Shown: piece by piece, positions 9,726-21,675 of the stretch | Position numbering within the stretch: the first letter of the stretch is position 1 | Layout: the number at the start of each line of letters is the position of its first letter | Assembly (NCBI GenBank): GCA_963752335.1 | Contig: CAVVXW010000001.1 | Span: forward strand, 345,726-409,725 | Reading direction: 5' to 3' | Source of the DNA: an uncultured Acidimicrobiia bacterium | Lineage (GTDB): Bacteria > Actinomycetota > Acidimicrobiia > IMCC26256 > JAENVU01 | DNA length: 64,000 nucleotides | The notes under the pieces: generated by a model | Database searches by the model: none | What the model was told of the DNA's origin: nothing | The model's input: only the letters and a program-made list of their open reading frames with translations | Position numbers and translations under genes: made by a program

Positions 9726-10544
9726 ATGACCCTGCCGGATGCATCCGAGGCGGAGCGGACCACGCTGGTCCCGCCGATGTCCGAGCGGTTCCGTTCCGGG
9801 GCCAAGGACTTCCCGTACTGGCTCGTCGCCATTCTCGGCATCCTCGGATGGATGCTCTCGCTGATCATCACGAACGACCAGTACAACACCGCGTGGCACC
9901 GCATCCTCCCGGGCCTGGGCACCACCATCAGCGCCACCATCGTCGGCTTCGGCCTCGCACTGATCATCGGATTGCTCGCCGGGCTCGGCCGCATCGCCAA
10001 GAACGTCGTCATCCGCAACGTCGCGATCACCTACATCGAGTTCATCCGCGGTGTCCCGATCCTCGTGCTGATCTTCACCGTCGCGTTCGTCGTCGTCCCC
10101 CAGCTCTCCTCACTCCTCGGCTTCAGCAACTCCAGCGTCACCCAGTTCACCCGGGCGGTCACGGCCCTCGCGATCATCTACGGCGCATACCTCGCCGAGG
10201 TCTTCCGCGCCGGCATCGAGTCCGTCCCCAAGGGTCAGACCGAGGCCGGACGTTCCCTCGGCCTGAGCCACGGCCAGACCATGCGCTTGATCGTGCTCCC
10301 CCAAGCGGTGCGCAACATGACCCCGGCGATCGGCAACGACCTCATCGCGATGCTCAAGGACTCCTCGCTGCTCTCGGTGCTCGGCGTCCGGGAGCTGACC
10401 CAGGAGGGCCGCCTCTACGCGAGCTCCACGTTCCAGTTCCGTCCGGCCTACCTCGTGCTCACGTTCTTCTACCTCTCGATGACGCTCATCCTCTCGATGC
10501 TGCTGCGCTGGTACCGGTCGCGGCTCGGACTCGACGATGACTGA
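9726..10544 (+). CDS. Polar amino-acid ABC transporter permease
   Basis: 'YIEFIRGVPILV', 'AYLAEVFRAGIESVPKGQTEAGRSLGLS', 'LKDSSL'. Confidence 0.93.
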   Translation: MTLPDASEAERTTLVPPMSERFRSGAKDFPYWLVAILGILGWMLSLIITNDQYNTAWHRILPGLGTTISATIVGFGLALIIGLLAGLGRIAKNVVIRNVAITYIEFIRGVPILVLIFTVAFVVVPQLSSLLGFSNSSVTQFTRAVTALAIIYGAYLAEVFRAGIESVPKGQTEAGRSLGLSHGQTMRLIVLPQAVRNMTPAIGNDLIAMLKDSSLLSVLGVRELTQEGRLYASSTFQFRPAYLVLTFFYLSMTLILSMLLRWYRSRLGLDDD

Positions 10545-11293
10545 CGCACGGCACGACATGGTCGTCATCGAGCAGCTCGCCAAGACGTTCGATCGGGGGA
10601 ACGTCGTGGCGGTCGACGGCGTGGACCTGACGGTCGCGACCGGGAGCGTCGTCATCCTCGTCGGGCCGTCCGGCTCGGGGAAGAGCACCGTGCTCCGGTG
10701 CATCAACGGTCTCGAGATACCCACGCGGGGTTCGGTGGAGGTCGACGGTCGCCGCCTCACGGAGAAATCGAGCGACCTCGACGCGATCCGCGAGGAGGTG
10801 GGCATGGTGTTCCAGTCCTTCAATCTCTTCGCCCACCTCACCGCGCTCGAGAACGTCACGCTGGCGCAACGCGTCGTCCGCAAGCGCTCTCGCAGCGAGA
10901 CGGCGAGGATCGGTCGCGAACAGCTCGAGCGGGTCGGGATCCCCGAGAAGGCCGACAGCTACCCGCGCGAGCTCAGCGGCGGGCAGCAGCAGCGCGTCGC
11001 GATCCGCGCGGTCCCTCGCGATGAACCCGAAGTTGATGCTCTTCGACGAACCCACGAGCGCCCTGGATCCGGAGATGATCAACGAGGTTCTCGACGTCAT
11101 GCTCGACCTCGCCCGCGCCGGGATGACGATGGTCGTCGTGACCCACGAGATGGGATTCGCCCGGGCGGCCGGTGACGTGCTCGTCGTCATGGACCGGGGC
11201 CGGATCGTGGAGCAGGGCCGGCCGGAGGACGTCTTCGAGTCACCCCGCGAGGAACGGACACGTCAGTTCCTTGCGAAAGTCCTGCACCACTGA
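10537..11293 (+). CDS. Polar amino-acid ABC transporter ATP-binding protein (frameshift near 11005)
   Basis: 'GPSGSGKST', '[11 protein letters not shown]', then second frame '[22 protein letters not shown]'. Confidence 0.92.
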
Positions 11294-11386
11294 CGCTTCG
11301 ATCCGACGGACACCTCGAATGCCGTAGCGCCCCGCGGCGAGATTTGGTACAACCGGTCGCGGAACCTCTTCGAGCAGGAGGTGGGC

Positions 11387-12686
11387 ATGACCACACCGCT
11401 GTCCGTATCCGCACCGTCGACTCCCGCGCCGTCGGCCGCCGCGGCCCTCGCTCCGCTCGCCGAGCTGGTGTTCGACGGGCCGCCGCCGGTGGCCTTCGAG
11501 CTCTGGGACGGCAGCCGCATCGAGCCCGTGACCGACGGCGGGCCGACCGTGCGGCTGCGTTCGCCGGTCGCGCTCCGCCGATTGCTGTGGGCTCCGGACG
11601 AGCTCGGCCTCGGGCGCGCCTACGTGGCCGGTGACGCCGACCTCGACGGCGACGTCGTCGAGACCCTCCGCGCGTTGCGGGTTCCGCAGCCGAGCGCGGT
11701 CAAGCGCACCCAGCTCGTCGCCCGCGCGGCGCGTGCCGCGGTGGCGCTCGACGCGATCGGGCCACCGCCACCCCCGCCGCCCGAGGAGGTCCGCCTGCGG
11801 GGACGACGCCATACCCGCCGTCGCGACTCGCGCGCGGTCTCCCATCACTACGACGTCGGCAACGCGTTCTACCGGATGGTCCTCGGGCCGACCATGACGT
11901 ACTCGTGCGCCCGATGGGGCGATGACGTGACCGATGTCGACGCCGCGCAGAACGCGAAGCACGATCTCGTCTGCCGCAAGCTCGGACTCGACGAACGCTC
12001 CGACGCGCGCCTCCTCGACGTCGGTTGCGGGTGGGGAACCATGGCCATGCACGCCGCGCGGGAGTACCGCGCCCCGTGCGGTGGGGATCACGATCAGCGA
12101 GCAGCAGTACGCGAGCGCGACCGACCGGGTGAAGGAAGCGGGCCTCGACGACCGCGTGGACATCCGGCTCCAGGACTACCGAGCGCTGCGGGGCGAGACG
12201 TTCGACGTGATCTCGTCCATCGGGATGTTCGAGCACGTCGGGTCGGAGCGCACGACCCAGTACTTCCGGACGCTGCGAGACGCACTCGTGCCGGGCGGGC
12301 GGCTGCTGAACCACGCGATCTCCAAGACCGGCGGGTCGAAGCTGTCGCCGCGGAGCTTCGTCGGGCGGTACGTGTTCCCCGACGGCGAGCTGCTCGACGT
12401 GGCCGACGTGACCCGCGCGATGGAGGCGGCAGGCTTCGAGGTCCGTGACGTCGAGTCACTCCGCGAGCACTACGCGCTGACGCTGCGGGCTTGGATCGAC
12501 GCGCTCGAGCGCAACTGGGACGCGGCGGTCCAGGAGGTCGGACAAGGTCGGGCGCGGGTGTGGCGGGCGTACATGGCCGGATCAGTGGTCGGATTCGAGG
12601 AGGGCGACATCGCCGTCCACCAGGTGCTCGGCGTGCGCCGCTCTCGGAACGGCGCCAGCGGCATGCCGCTCCGTCGGACCTGGTGA
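11387..12686 (+). CDS. Cyclopropane-fatty-acyl-phospholipid synthase family methyltransferase (frameshift near 12075)
   Basis: 'HHYDVGNAFY..LGPTMTYSCA', 'LLDVGCGWG', 'SIGMFEHVG', 'YVFPDGEL', 'LREHYALTL'. Confidence 0.9.
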
Positions 12687-12695
12687 CGCCGCGCG

Positions 12696-13388
12696 TCAGC
12701 CGAGCTCGGCGTGCAGGAACGCGAACACCTCGGGCCAGATGCGGGCGGCCAGCTCCTCGTCCAGCGTGCCGAGCGCGTTGTGCGGCCCCATGAACGCGTG
12801 ACCGGTGCCGGCATGGACGGTGAGTTGCACGTCCTTGCCGAGTCCGTGCAACTTGGCCTCGAGCGCGTGCGCCGCATCGGGTCCGAAGAAGTCGTCCTGC
12901 TCGGCCATGTGGCCGCGCACCTTCGCGGACAGCGCCGACCAGTCCGGCTCACCGTCCCCCGACGGGAAGCCGTAGAAGGGCACCACCGCCTTCACCACGT
13001 CGCCGCGGTTCGCCGCGATGAGCCACGCCAGCATTCCCCCCATGCAGAAGCCGACGACGCCGACACCGTCACCGGTGGCCCCCTCGTCGGCGAGCAGGAA
13101 GTCGACGGCTCCACTCATGTCGCGAGCGGCGCGATCGGGCGGCAGTTCGGTCATGAGCCGCGCCGCTCGGTCCATCTCGTCGTGGTTCGCGACCTCACCG
13201 CGGAACAGGTCGGGGGCGAGCGCCGTGAACCCGGCCTCCGCGATCCGGTCGGCCGAGTGTTTGAGATCCGGGCTGAGGCCCCACCATTCCTGGATCACCA
13301 GCACCCCGGGGCCGGAACCCCCCACGGGCCGTGCGAGGTATCCGCCGACCGTCGATCCGTTGCTCGCGAACTCCACCATCTCTCCCAT
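12696..13388 (-). CDS. Dienelactone hydrolase family protein
   Basis: 'GVLVIQEWWGL', nucleophile motif 'GFCMGG', 'GHAF'. Confidence 0.9.
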   Translation of the reverse strand: MGEMVEFASNGSTVGGYLARPVGGSGPGVLVIQEWWGLSPDLKHSADRIAEAGFTALAPDLFRGEVANHDEMDRAARLMTELPPDRAARDMSGAVDFLLADEGATGDGVGVVGFCMGGMLAWLIAANRGDVVKAVVPFYGFPSGDGEPDWSALSAKVRGHMAEQDDFFGPDAAHALEAKLHGLGKDVQLTVHAGTGHAFMGPHNALGTLDEELAARIWPEVFAFLHAELG

Positions 13389-13504
13389 GCGGCCGGAGAC
13401 TATTCAGTCCCTCCGGCGGCCGGAAGCGAGGTCCCGAGGCGAAAAGGTTTCGACACCACGCGATCCGTGGCAGAATTGGCCCGTTCGCGTGGCTCGGGGG
13501 GCTC

Positions 13505-14428
13505 ATGGCGATCACCACAACGGATCTCGCACGACTCGTCGTCGGCGACCGCGTGCCGCCGTCGATCGTGCGCGCCGACGGGCGCGTCGGGCCGGCCGTC
13601 CCGCTCGGCCGGCGGGTCGAGCTCCCCGGACGAGGCACCACCTTCGTGCGGGAGCTGGCCGGACCCCCCGGCGCGCCGACGCTCGTGCTGCTCCACGGCT
13701 TCATGGCGAGCGGCGGGCTGAACTGGTTCCGCACCTTCGAGAGCCTCAGCCGGGAGTTCCACGTCGTCGCGCCCGATCTGCGGGGCCACGCGCGCGGGCT
13801 CCGGTCCCGGCGGCACGTCCGCCTCGCCGACTGCGCCGATGACATCGCCGCCCTCGTCGACTCCCTGGGCTCGGGACCGGTGATCGCCGCCGGCTACTCC
13901 ATGGGCGGACCTGTCGCCCAGCTCCTCTGGCATCGTCATCCCGACAAGGTCGCCGGCCTCGTCCTCTGTGCCACGGCCTCCCATTTCGACGTCGGCGCCC
14001 GACCGTTGAGCGACGCGTACCTCGCGACGGTCGCCACGCTCGCACGTGCCGCGGGCCGGCTCGCCGCGGTACCCGCGGCCGGTGCGAACGTGTTGCGACG
14101 CGTCCGCGCGCACCGACCGGCGGGGTTCCTCGAATGGGCCGCGGACGAGATGCGCCGCCACGACGTCCGCATGCTGACCGAGGCCGCCCGCAGCATCGGG
14201 CGCTACGACGCGCGCGCATGGATCGCCGAGATCGACGTTCCCACCACCGTGCTGCGGACCAACCGCGATCACCTGGTGGATCCCGGCACCCAGACCGAGC
14301 TCGTCGCCCGGATCCCGCGTGCCCAGGTCGTCGAGCACGAGGAAGGGCATTTCGCCTGCGCCCGACCGGCGTTCGCGACCCCGATGCTCGCCGCGTGCCG
14401 CGACGTCGCCTGGCGCGCCAGCGCCTGA
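13505..14428 (+). CDS. Alpha/beta-fold hydrolase
   Basis: 'LVLLHGF', 'PDLRGH', 'GYSMGG', and a C-terminal His. Confidence 0.87.
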   Translation: MAITTTDLARLVVGDRVPPSIVRADGRVGPAVPLGRRVELPGRGTTFVRELAGPPGAPTLVLLHGFMASGGLNWFRTFESLSREFHVVAPDLRGHARGLRSRRHVRLADCADDIAALVDSLGSGPVIAAGYSMGGPVAQLLWHRHPDKVAGLVLCATASHFDVGARPLSDAYLATVATLARAAGRLAAVPAAGANVLRRVRAHRPAGFLEWAADEMRRHDVRMLTEAARSIGRYDARAWIAEIDVPTTVLRTNRDHLVDPGTQTELVARIPRAQVVEHEEGHFACARPAFATPMLAACRDVAWRASA

Positions 14429-14456
14429 GCGACGGGCACTGGCCGCCGAGCGCTCC

Positions 14457-15488
14457 TCAGGCGATGAGGACCTCGGCCATCTGGACGGCGTTCAGGGCCG
14501 CGCCCTTGCGCAGGTTGTCACCGGTGACCCAGAGATCGAGCGTGTTGGGCTGGCTCGGGTCCTCGCGCAGGCGCCCGACGAGGACCGGGTCGATGCCCGC
14601 CCCTTCGAGCGCGCTCGGCGTGCCGGATCCGCCGTCGACCAGGACCACTCCCGGCGCGGCCGAGAGCAGATCGGCGGCACGCTCCCGCGACATCGGGTCG
14701 CGGAACTGCACGTTCGCGGACATGGCGTGCCCGACGTAGACGGGGACGCGGACGCAGGTCGCGGTGACCCGCATCGTCGGGTCGTGCAGGATCTTTCGGC
14801 TCTCGTGCACGAGCTTCCACTCCTCGCTGGTGTAGCCCGCCTCCCTCACCGAACCGGCGAGCGGGATGACGTTGCCCGCGATCGGCTTGGACCAGACCTC
14901 GCCCGGCGCGATGAAGCCGTCGATCGCGCCGGCGCGGCGCAGTGAATCGGCGTCTCCGGCGAACTTGTTCCACTGCGCATCGAGCTCGGCGATCCCGGGC
15001 ACCCCGGCGCCCGACACCGACTGGTACGTCGACACGACGAGCCGATCGATCCCGGCCGCCCGTTGGAGCGGTGCGAGCGCGGTGACCAACACCATCGTCG
15101 TGCAGTTGGGACAGGAGGCGATCCGGCGCGGCAGGTGATCGAGATCCTCGGGATTCACCTCGGCGACCACGAGCGGGACGTCATCCTCCATGCGGAAGGC
15201 CGCGGAGTTGTCCACGACACGGGCGCCCGCCGCCGCCGCCCGCGGGGCCCACTCGAGCGCCAGCGGATCGTCGACGTCGACGATCACCAGGTCCAGACCG
15301 TCGAAGCATCCGTCGCGCAGGACCTCGCACGTCACGGTGCCGCCGGCGAACGCGAGAGGCCGGCCCTCCGAGCGTGACGACGCGTAGACCCGCAGGGTGC
15401 CGACCGGGAACGACCGCTCCTCGAGGATGCGCAGCATCTCCTGGCCGACGAGCCCCGTGGCTCCGACGACGCCGACATCAACCGTCAC
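14457..15488 (-). CDS. asd: Aspartate-semialdehyde dehydrogenase
   Basis: 'VGATGLVG', 'DNSAAFRM..VPLVVAEVN', 'PNCTT', 'STYQSVSGAG', 'DNLRKGAALN'. Confidence 0.96.
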   Translation of the reverse strand: MTVDVGVVGATGLVGQEMLRILEERSFPVGTLRVYASSRSEGRPLAFAGGTVTCEVLRDGCFDGLDLVIVDVDDPLALEWAPRAAAAGARVVDNSAAFRMEDDVPLVVAEVNPEDLDHLPRRIASCPNCTTMVLVTALAPLQRAAGIDRLVVSTYQSVSGAGVPGIAELDAQWNKFAGDADSLRRAGAIDGFIAPGEVWSKPIAGNVIPLAGSVREAGYTSEEWKLVHESRKILHDPTMRVTATCVRVPVYVGHAMSANVQFRDPMSRERAADLLSAAPGVVLVDGGSGTPSALEGAGIDPVLVGRLREDPSQPNTLDLWVTGDNLRKGAALNAVQMAEVLIA

Positions 15489-15548
15489 GACTGCGCGCTC
15501 CTCCGGTGCGGACCTCCCGCGAGGGTATCGACCCGACTCCGCCCGGCT

Positions 15549-16766
15549 TCAAGCGTTTTGCAGGTCGAACGCCGTGTGGAGCGCCCGCACCGCCTTCTCG
15601 ACGTCCGCCGCGGGGACCACGCAGGAGATCCGGATCGACGAGGTGCTGATCATCTCGATGTTGACACCCTCGTTCGCCAGGACCTGGAACATCGTCGCCG
15701 CGACACCCGGGTTGGTCCGCATGCCGGCGCCGACGAGGCTCACGCGCGCGACGTCCGAGTCGTGGGTCACGCCCGTCGCCTCGATGTCGGCCGCGACCTT
15801 CTCCATCACCGCGAGCGCGCGATGGAGGTCGTCCTTCGGGACCGTGAAGGAGATGTCGGTGTGGCCGGCCGTCGAGACGTTCTGCACGATCATGTCCACG
15901 TTCACCGCGTCGTCGGCGAGGGCACGGAACAAGGACGCGGCGACACCGGGCCGGTCCGCGACCTGGGCGATGGTGACCTTGGCCTCGGACGTGTCGTGGG
16001 TGACCCCCGAGATGATGGCGTGCTCCATGTTGGGGTCCTCCTCGACGACCCAGGTGCCCGGCTCCCATGTGAACGATGAGCGCACGTGCACCGGTACTCC
16101 GTAGTTCCGGGCGAACTCGACCGACCGCAGGGCAAGGACCCGACCACCGGTCGCGGCCATCTCCAGCATCTCCTCGAAGGAGACGCGCGACAGCTTGCGC
16201 GCCTCGGGCACGATGCGCGGATCCGCGGTGAAGACCCCCGAGACGTCGGTGTAGATCTCGCAGACCTCGGCGCCCAGCGAGGCAGCCAACGCGACGGCGG
16301 TGGTGTCCGAGCCCCCGCGGCCGAGGGTGGTGATGGCCTTGTCGGTGGAGATCCCCTGGAACCCCGCCACCACGGCCACGGCGCCCGCCCCCAGCGTCTC
16401 GCGGATCCGGTCTCCCTTGATCTCGAGGATCTTGGCCTTCCCGTGCGCAGTGTCGGTCACGATCCCGGCCTGGGACCCGGTGAAGCTCACCGCGTGCTCG
16501 CCGAGATCGATGATCGCCATGCACAGCAGCGCCATCGAGATCCGCTCGCCGGCGGTGAGCAGCATGTCCAGCTCGCGCCCGTGGGGGCTGCCCGAGACGT
16601 CGTGGGCGAGACGGAGGAGGTCGTCGGTCGTCTTGCCCATCGCGGAGACGGCCACGACCACCTGGTTCCCGGCCCGTTGCGTGCGCACGATGTGGTCCGC
16701 GACCGCCCGGATCCGGTCGGGGTCGGCGACGGACGTTCCCCCGAACTTCTGCACGATCAGCGCCAC
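15549..16766 (-). CDS. ask: Aspartate kinase
   Basis: '[11 protein letters not shown]', '[16 protein letters not shown]', '[13 protein letters not shown]', and two ACT domains. Upstream of asd. Confidence 0.96.
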   Translation of the reverse strand: MALIVQKFGGTSVADPDRIRAVADHIVRTQRAGNQVVVAVSAMGKTTDDLLRLAHDVSGSPHGRELDMLLTAGERISMALLCMAIIDLGEHAVSFTGSQAGIVTDTAHGKAKILEIKGDRIRETLGAGAVAVVAGFQGISTDKAITTLGRGGSDTTAVALAASLGAEVCEIYTDVSGVFTADPRIVPEARKLSRVSFEEMLEMAATGGRVLALRSVEFARNYGVPVHVRSSFTWEPGTWVVEEDPNMEHAIISGVTHDTSEAKVTIAQVADRPGVAASLFRALADDAVNVDMIVQNVSTAGHTDISFTVPKDDLHRALAVMEKVAADIEATGVTHDSDVARVSLVGAGMRTNPGVAATMFQVLANEGVNIEMISTSSIRISCVVPAADVEKAVRALHTAFDLQNA

Positions 16767-16883
16767 GGAGGTCGAGGGTACTCGTCGCCCTCCACGCGTT
16801 TCGGACGTCGCCGAGCGAGCCGGGCGACCGGACGACCGCCGGATTTCTGCCACAATGCCCACTTCGCTGCTGGGAGGCTGTTG

Positions 16884-19196
16884 GTGCGCATCACTCGGTC
16901 AATCGTGATCCCGATCGTCGCGATGCTGGCGATCCCGGCCTCTGGCGCGATCGCCGGCGCGGAGTCCCACGCCCGCACGCACGTGACCGTGCCCGCGGCG
17001 ACGGGCGTGGTCGTGCGCGGGAGCGTGCACCAGATCGCGGTGCTGCACGCGCCGGTCGGGGCGACGCTCTCGGTGGTCCGCAAGCATTCCGTGGTCCAGA
17101 CCGGCACCGTCGACGACCTCGGGAGCTACAACTTCCACAACCTTCCGGCGCGCTCGGGCTACACGATCCTCGTCGAGGACGCCGGCCGGACGAGCGTCAC
17201 GGACCCGGTCACCGTGCTCGACCCCGACGCGACGCCGCCGCAGTCGCTCTACTCGGGCCAGCGCCTCGACGTGAGCAACCTCGGCGGCAACTCCGGCTAC
17301 GGCTATCTGACCACCCGTGACGGCACGCAGCTCTCGGTCCAGGTGGTGCTCCCGGGCCCACCCGAGGACGGTCCCTATCCGACCGTCATGGAGTACTCCG
17401 GGTACGACCCGTCGAGCCCCACGACGGGCCAGCCCCAGTACAAGCTGATGCTCCCGGCGAACGGCTACGCATGGGTCGGCGTGAACATCCGGGGGTCGGG
17501 CTGCTCGGGCGGTGCCTTCAACTACTTCGAGAACCTCCAGGCCCTCGACGGGTACGACGCCATCGAGACGATCGCAGCCCAGCCGTGGTCCGACGGTCAC
17601 GTCGGGATGGTCGGCATCTCCTACGCCGGGATCAGCCAGCTGTTCGTCGCCCGGACCCAGCCGCCGCACCTCGACGCGATCACCCCGGTCTCGGTGATCG
17701 ACGACACGTGGCGCGGCACGCTCTACCCCGGTGGCATCTTCAACAACGGCTTCGCGCTCAGCTGGGCCCAGGAGCGCGTCGACCAGAACAAGTGGCCGAA
17801 CCCCGATGCGCCGGGTTGGGTCAAGCAGCGAATCGCCGGCGGCGACACGACGTGCGCCGACAACATGCTCCTGCGCGGCCAGAACGTGGACCTGCTCGAC
17901 CAGATCAACCAGCACCCGAACCCGTCGCCCACGCTCGATCCCGAGTTCACCTACGACTTCCCGAACGGCAGCGACTCCCTCGCGCCGGCCGCGTTCGTCG
18001 ACCGGATCCGCGCCAAGGTGTTCATCGCCGGCGCGTGGCAGGACGAGCAGACCGGCGGTCACTGGGCGAACATGCTCGATCGCTTCGCGCCCGGGGTGCT
18101 CGTACGCGCCGAGGGGCAGAACGGCGTCCACACCGAGTCACTCGACCCGCAGGTCGCGTTCGACGCGCTCGAGTTCCTCGACCTGTACGTCGGGCACCGC
18201 ACGCCCGCGGTCTCTCCGGCGGTGCGGGCCTTCGCCCCGGTGCTCTGGAGCACGATCACCGGCGTGTCCGGCCAGGTCATGCCGCCCGACCGCTTCACCG
18301 GCGCGACCTACGAGCAGGCGCTCGCGCAGTACTCGGCGGAGCAGCCGATCAAGATCCTCTGGGAGACCGGCAACGCCGAGGGTCTGGCGCCGGGAACGCT
18401 CGTCCCGCGGGCCCAGACCAGCTACCCGGCGTGGCCGATCCCGGGCACCCGCGCCCGCACGTGGCACCTCCGCTCGAACGGGCGCCTGCGCAAGAAGCCC
18501 GGCGTGGACCACGAGGGTGCGGACGAGTTCCGCCCCGACCCGACGCTGCGGCCGCGCACGGACTTCCAGGGCGGCAACATCTGGGCCGCGACCCCGACCT
18601 ATGACTGGCAGCCCGTGGTGGACGGTGCGTCGCTCTCGTACCTCACCCACGTGCTGCCGCGGACGCTGACGATGGCGGGCACCGGCAGCGTGGACCTGTG
18701 GGTCAAGTCCAACGCGGCCGACAGCGACCTCCAGGTGACGCTCACCGAGGTGCTGCCCGACGGTCAGGAGCGCTACGTGCAGAACGGGTGGCTGAAGCTC
18801 AGCCACCGCAAGCTCGACACCGCGCACTCCACCGACCTCAACCCCGTCCACAGCGACGAGCTGAAGGACATGCACGACATCACGCCGGGTCACTTCGTAT
18901 CGGCGCGCATCGCGTTGTTCCCCTTCGCGCACCAGTTCCGCGCCGGGAGCCGGATCCGCCTCACCATCCAGGCCCCGGGCGGAGATCGTCCGGAATGGGC
19001 GTTCGGCACCGATGCGACCGGCGGCAACGTCGTGGACCTCGTCGCGCACGACGACGACCGCCCGTCGCGCCTCGTGCTACCGATCGTGGGCGGTCCCGAC
19101 CTGGGTCCGACCGCTGCCGTCTGCCCGTCGTTGCGCTCGCAACCGTGCCGGACCTACGTGGCACCGGCTCCGAACCACACGGTTCCCACCTCCTAG
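16884..19196 (+). CDS. Secreted CocE/NonD (peptidase S15) family serine hydrolase
   Basis: Signal peptide, '[12 protein letters not shown]', '[10 protein letters not shown]', 'GISYAG', and a C-terminal jelly-roll ('[11 protein letters not shown]'). Confidence 0.88.
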   Translation: MRITRSIVIPIVAMLAIPASGAIAGAESHARTHVTVPAATGVVVRGSVHQIAVLHAPVGATLSVVRKHSVVQTGTVDDLGSYNFHNLPARSGYTILVEDAGRTSVTDPVTVLDPDATPPQSLYSGQRLDVSNLGGNSGYGYLTTRDGTQLSVQVVLPGPPEDGPYPTVMEYSGYDPSSPTTGQPQYKLMLPANGYAWVGVNIRGSGCSGGAFNYFENLQALDGYDAIETIAAQPWSDGHVGMVGISYAGISQLFVARTQPPHLDAITPVSVIDDTWRGTLYPGGIFNNGFALSWAQERVDQNKWPNPDAPGWVKQRIAGGDTTCADNMLLRGQNVDLLDQINQHPNPSPTLDPEFTYDFPNGSDSLAPAAFVDRIRAKVFIAGAWQDEQTGGHWANMLDRFAPGVLVRAEGQNGVHTESLDPQVAFDALEFLDLYVGHRTPAVSPAVRAFAPVLWSTITGVSGQVMPPDRFTGATYEQALAQYSAEQPIKILWETGNAEGLAPGTLVPRAQTSYPAWPIPGTRARTWHLRSNGRLRKKPGVDHEGADEFRPDPTLRPRTDFQGGNIWAATPTYDWQPVVDGASLSYLTHVLPRTLTMAGTGSVDLWVKSNAADSDLQVTLTEVLPDGQERYVQNGWLKLSHRKLDTAHSTDLNPVHSDELKDMHDITPGHFVSARIALFPFAHQFRAGSRIRLTIQAPGGDRPEWAFGTDATGGNVVDLVAHDDDRPSRLVLPIVGGPDLGPTAAVCPSLRSQPCRTYVAPAPNHTVPTS

Positions 19197-19207
19197 ACTC
19201 CGCCGCC

Positions 19208-19957
19208 GTGTCCAAGGCAGCCAAGCGCGAACGACAGAAGCAGAACCGCGAGCTCGCCCGGGCCGAGCGCGAGCGGATGCTGAAGCGACAGCGTCAGATG
19301 AAGACGCTCCGGACCCTCCTGTACCTGCTCGCTCCTCTCGTCGTGATCGGGGTCATCATCTCGCTCGTCAACGGCGGGGACTCCTCGAGCTCGTCCGCAT
19401 CGGCGAAGCCGACGTTCGCGACGATCGAGACGACGGAGGGAAACATCGTCGTCCAGCTCGACACCAAGAACGCCCCGATCGCGAGTGGGCACTTCGTCGA
19501 CCTGGTGAAGAAGGGCTACTACGACAGCAAGTGCATCGACCGTTCCGCGCGGGACTTCGTGATCCAAGGGGGGTCGCCGAACTGCAACGCCAAGGGCGGG
19601 GAGGGCCACCCGGTCACGGGTGAGGTCCCGAAGAACCACTACCCCCTCGGCAGCCTCGCGGCGGCGAAGGCCGGCTCGGACAAGCCGGGCACCTTCGACT
19701 CGTCGTTCTTCATCGTGACCGGGTCGGGTGGCAAGACGTTGCCGAACGACTACGCACGGTTCGGCAAGGTGGTCGGCGGGCTCGACGTGGCGCAGAGCAT
19801 CGAGATGCTCGCGCCGGCCTCGGGCGACGGGCCGCCCACCAAGACGGTCACGATCACCAAGGTGACGATCGCGAACACGAACCCCGTCACCACCACCACG
19901 ACCGCCGCGACCACCACGACACTCGCGCCGGCACCCACCAGCAGCTCCACGCCGTGA
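19208..19957 (+). CDS. Membrane-anchored cyclophilin-type peptidyl-prolyl isomerase
   Basis: Basic N-terminus plus TM helix, 'IETTEGNIVVQLD..AP..F..L..GYYD', 'FVIQGG', 'FFIV..LPNDYARFGKV'. Confidence 0.87.
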   Translation: MSKAAKRERQKQNRELARAERERMLKRQRQMKTLRTLLYLLAPLVVIGVIISLVNGGDSSSSSASAKPTFATIETTEGNIVVQLDTKNAPIASGHFVDLVKKGYYDSKCIDRSARDFVIQGGSPNCNAKGGEGHPVTGEVPKNHYPLGSLAAAKAGSDKPGTFDSSFFIVTGSGGKTLPNDYARFGKVVGGLDVAQSIEMLAPASGDGPPTKTVTITKVTIANTNPVTTTTTAATTTTLAPAPTSSSTP

Positions 19958-19978
19958 CCGCCGGTCCGACCTCGTGAG

Positions 19979-20681
19979 CTAGGGAAGCGCCAGCCCGATG
20001 GCGCCGTCGGCGTACGTCGTGGTGCCGTCGGACGCGTAGATCGTCACCCGGCCCGCGCCGGCGACCGACCAGGAAGGGCCCGGCTCACGCACGAGCGCGG
20101 TCTCCTCGTCGATTCCCACCAGCACCGCTTCACGCGGTCGCAGCTCGACCGACCGCTGCCGGAGGTGATCGGCGGCGCTGCCGTGGTACGGGAACACCGC
20201 CACGCCCTCGACGAAGCCGAGCCCGACCGTGTACGCACCGCCGCGCGGATCCACCATCGGGTCGCAGAGCACCGTCGCGGCCGCCCCCGACGCCGCGATC
20301 ACCGCCCCGCTGCGATACGCGGTGAGCATCGCGTCGAACAGGGGCGAGGACTTCATCACCGAGCGCAGGTGCATCGGGGAGCCGTCCGCCAGGTAGACGA
20401 ACCGCGCCTGCTCAACCGCGGCGACGGTGTCGGCGTCCTCGGCGTCGCGCCGGTGCAGCACCGGAAGGGTGTGCGTCGTGACGCCGAGCGGCGCGAAATG
20501 TCGGCGAGGCAATCCCCTCGATCCGCTCGGGATGCTCGAAGGCCGCCGCGGTCGGGAGGACGACGATGCCCGTGGTCCCGGCGAGCGCGAGCAGCCTCCG
20601 GTCCAGCGCACGATGGTGCTCGCCCCACTCGCCGCCGCCGATGAGCGCGAGGGTCCCGGAAGCCGCCTGACGAGTCGTCAT
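19979..20681 (-). CDS. Peptidase S51 / cyanophycinase-like protein (frameshift near 20505)
   Basis: 'GTLALIGGGEW..VVLPTAAAFE', then second frame 'VYLADGSP..L', 'ASGAAA', 'VGIDEETAL'. Confidence 0.8.
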
Positions 20682-20769
20682 ACCGGGCGCACACTATGCG
20701 GGCCTCCCCTTGGCGAAACGGACCGACGCCTCACTAACCTGCGCGCTTTCCACCACGGGGAGCGGAGCA

Positions 20770-21615
20770 ATGGTGCAACGGGTCGGAATCGTGGGATCGG
20801 GGATCATGGGCAGCGGGATCGCCGAGGTCGCCGCGAAGGCCGGGTGCGACGTCGTCCTGCGCAGCCGCGCGCAGAGCACCGCCGACGCGATGGTCGCCGG
20901 GCTCGAGAAGTCGCTCGCCAAGCAGGTCGACCGGGGGAAGCTCGAGGACGCGGAGCGCACCGCGGTGCTCGGAAGGGTCGAGGCGGTCTCGGACCTCGGC
21001 GCGCTGGCGGACTGTGACCTCGTCGTGGAGTCCATCGTCGAGGACCTCGTCCCGAAGAAGCACCTCTTCAGCGAGCTCGACCGGATCGTGAAGGACGGCG
21101 CAATCCTCGCGACCAACACGTCGACGCTGCCCGTGGTCGAGCTCGCGATGGAGACGGGCCGGCCCGAGCTCGTGTGCGGCGTCCACTTCTTCAATCCCGC
21201 GCCGATGATGCCGCTCGTCGAGCTGGTGCGGTGCATCACCACGAGTGACGAGACGATCGCCACCGCCCGGGCCTTCGCCGAGGCCTGCGGCAAGAACCCC
21301 GTCGAGGTCCGGGACCAGGCCGGCTTCATCGTGAACGCCCTCCTCTTCCCCTACCTCAACAACGCGGTGAAGCTCTACGACGCCGGAGTGGCCACCCGTG
21401 AGGACATCGATGCGGCGATGCAGGGCGGGTGCAATTTCCCGATGGGCCCGCTCGCGCTGTTGGACCTCGTCGGACTCGACACGAGCCTCTCGATCCTCGA
21501 GGCCCTGTACACCGAGTTCAAGGACCCGAACTACGCGCCCGCTCCGCTCCTGCGGCGCATGGTGAGCGCCGAGCGCTACGGCCGGAAGTCCAAGCAGGGG
21601 TTCTACGACTACTGA
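20770..21615 (+). CDS. 3-hydroxybutyryl-CoA dehydrogenase
   Basis: 'GSGIMGSGIA', 'ESIVEDL..K', 'TNTSTL', 'HFFNPAP', 'GFIVNALL', 'PMGPLALLDLVGLD'. Confidence 0.93.
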   Translation: MVQRVGIVGSGIMGSGIAEVAAKAGCDVVLRSRAQSTADAMVAGLEKSLAKQVDRGKLEDAERTAVLGRVEAVSDLGALADCDLVVESIVEDLVPKKHLFSELDRIVKDGAILATNTSTLPVVELAMETGRPELVCGVHFFNPAPMMPLVELVRCITTSDETIATARAFAEACGKNPVEVRDQAGFIVNALLFPYLNNAVKLYDAGVATREDIDAAMQGGCNFPMGPLALLDLVGLDTSLSILEALYTEFKDPNYAPAPLLRRMVSAERYGRKSKQGFYDY

Positions 21616-21675
21616 TCCTCGCCGCGCGGGCGCTCGTTGTGACACTTCGCGCCGACCCGGGGGAGAATGGTGCCC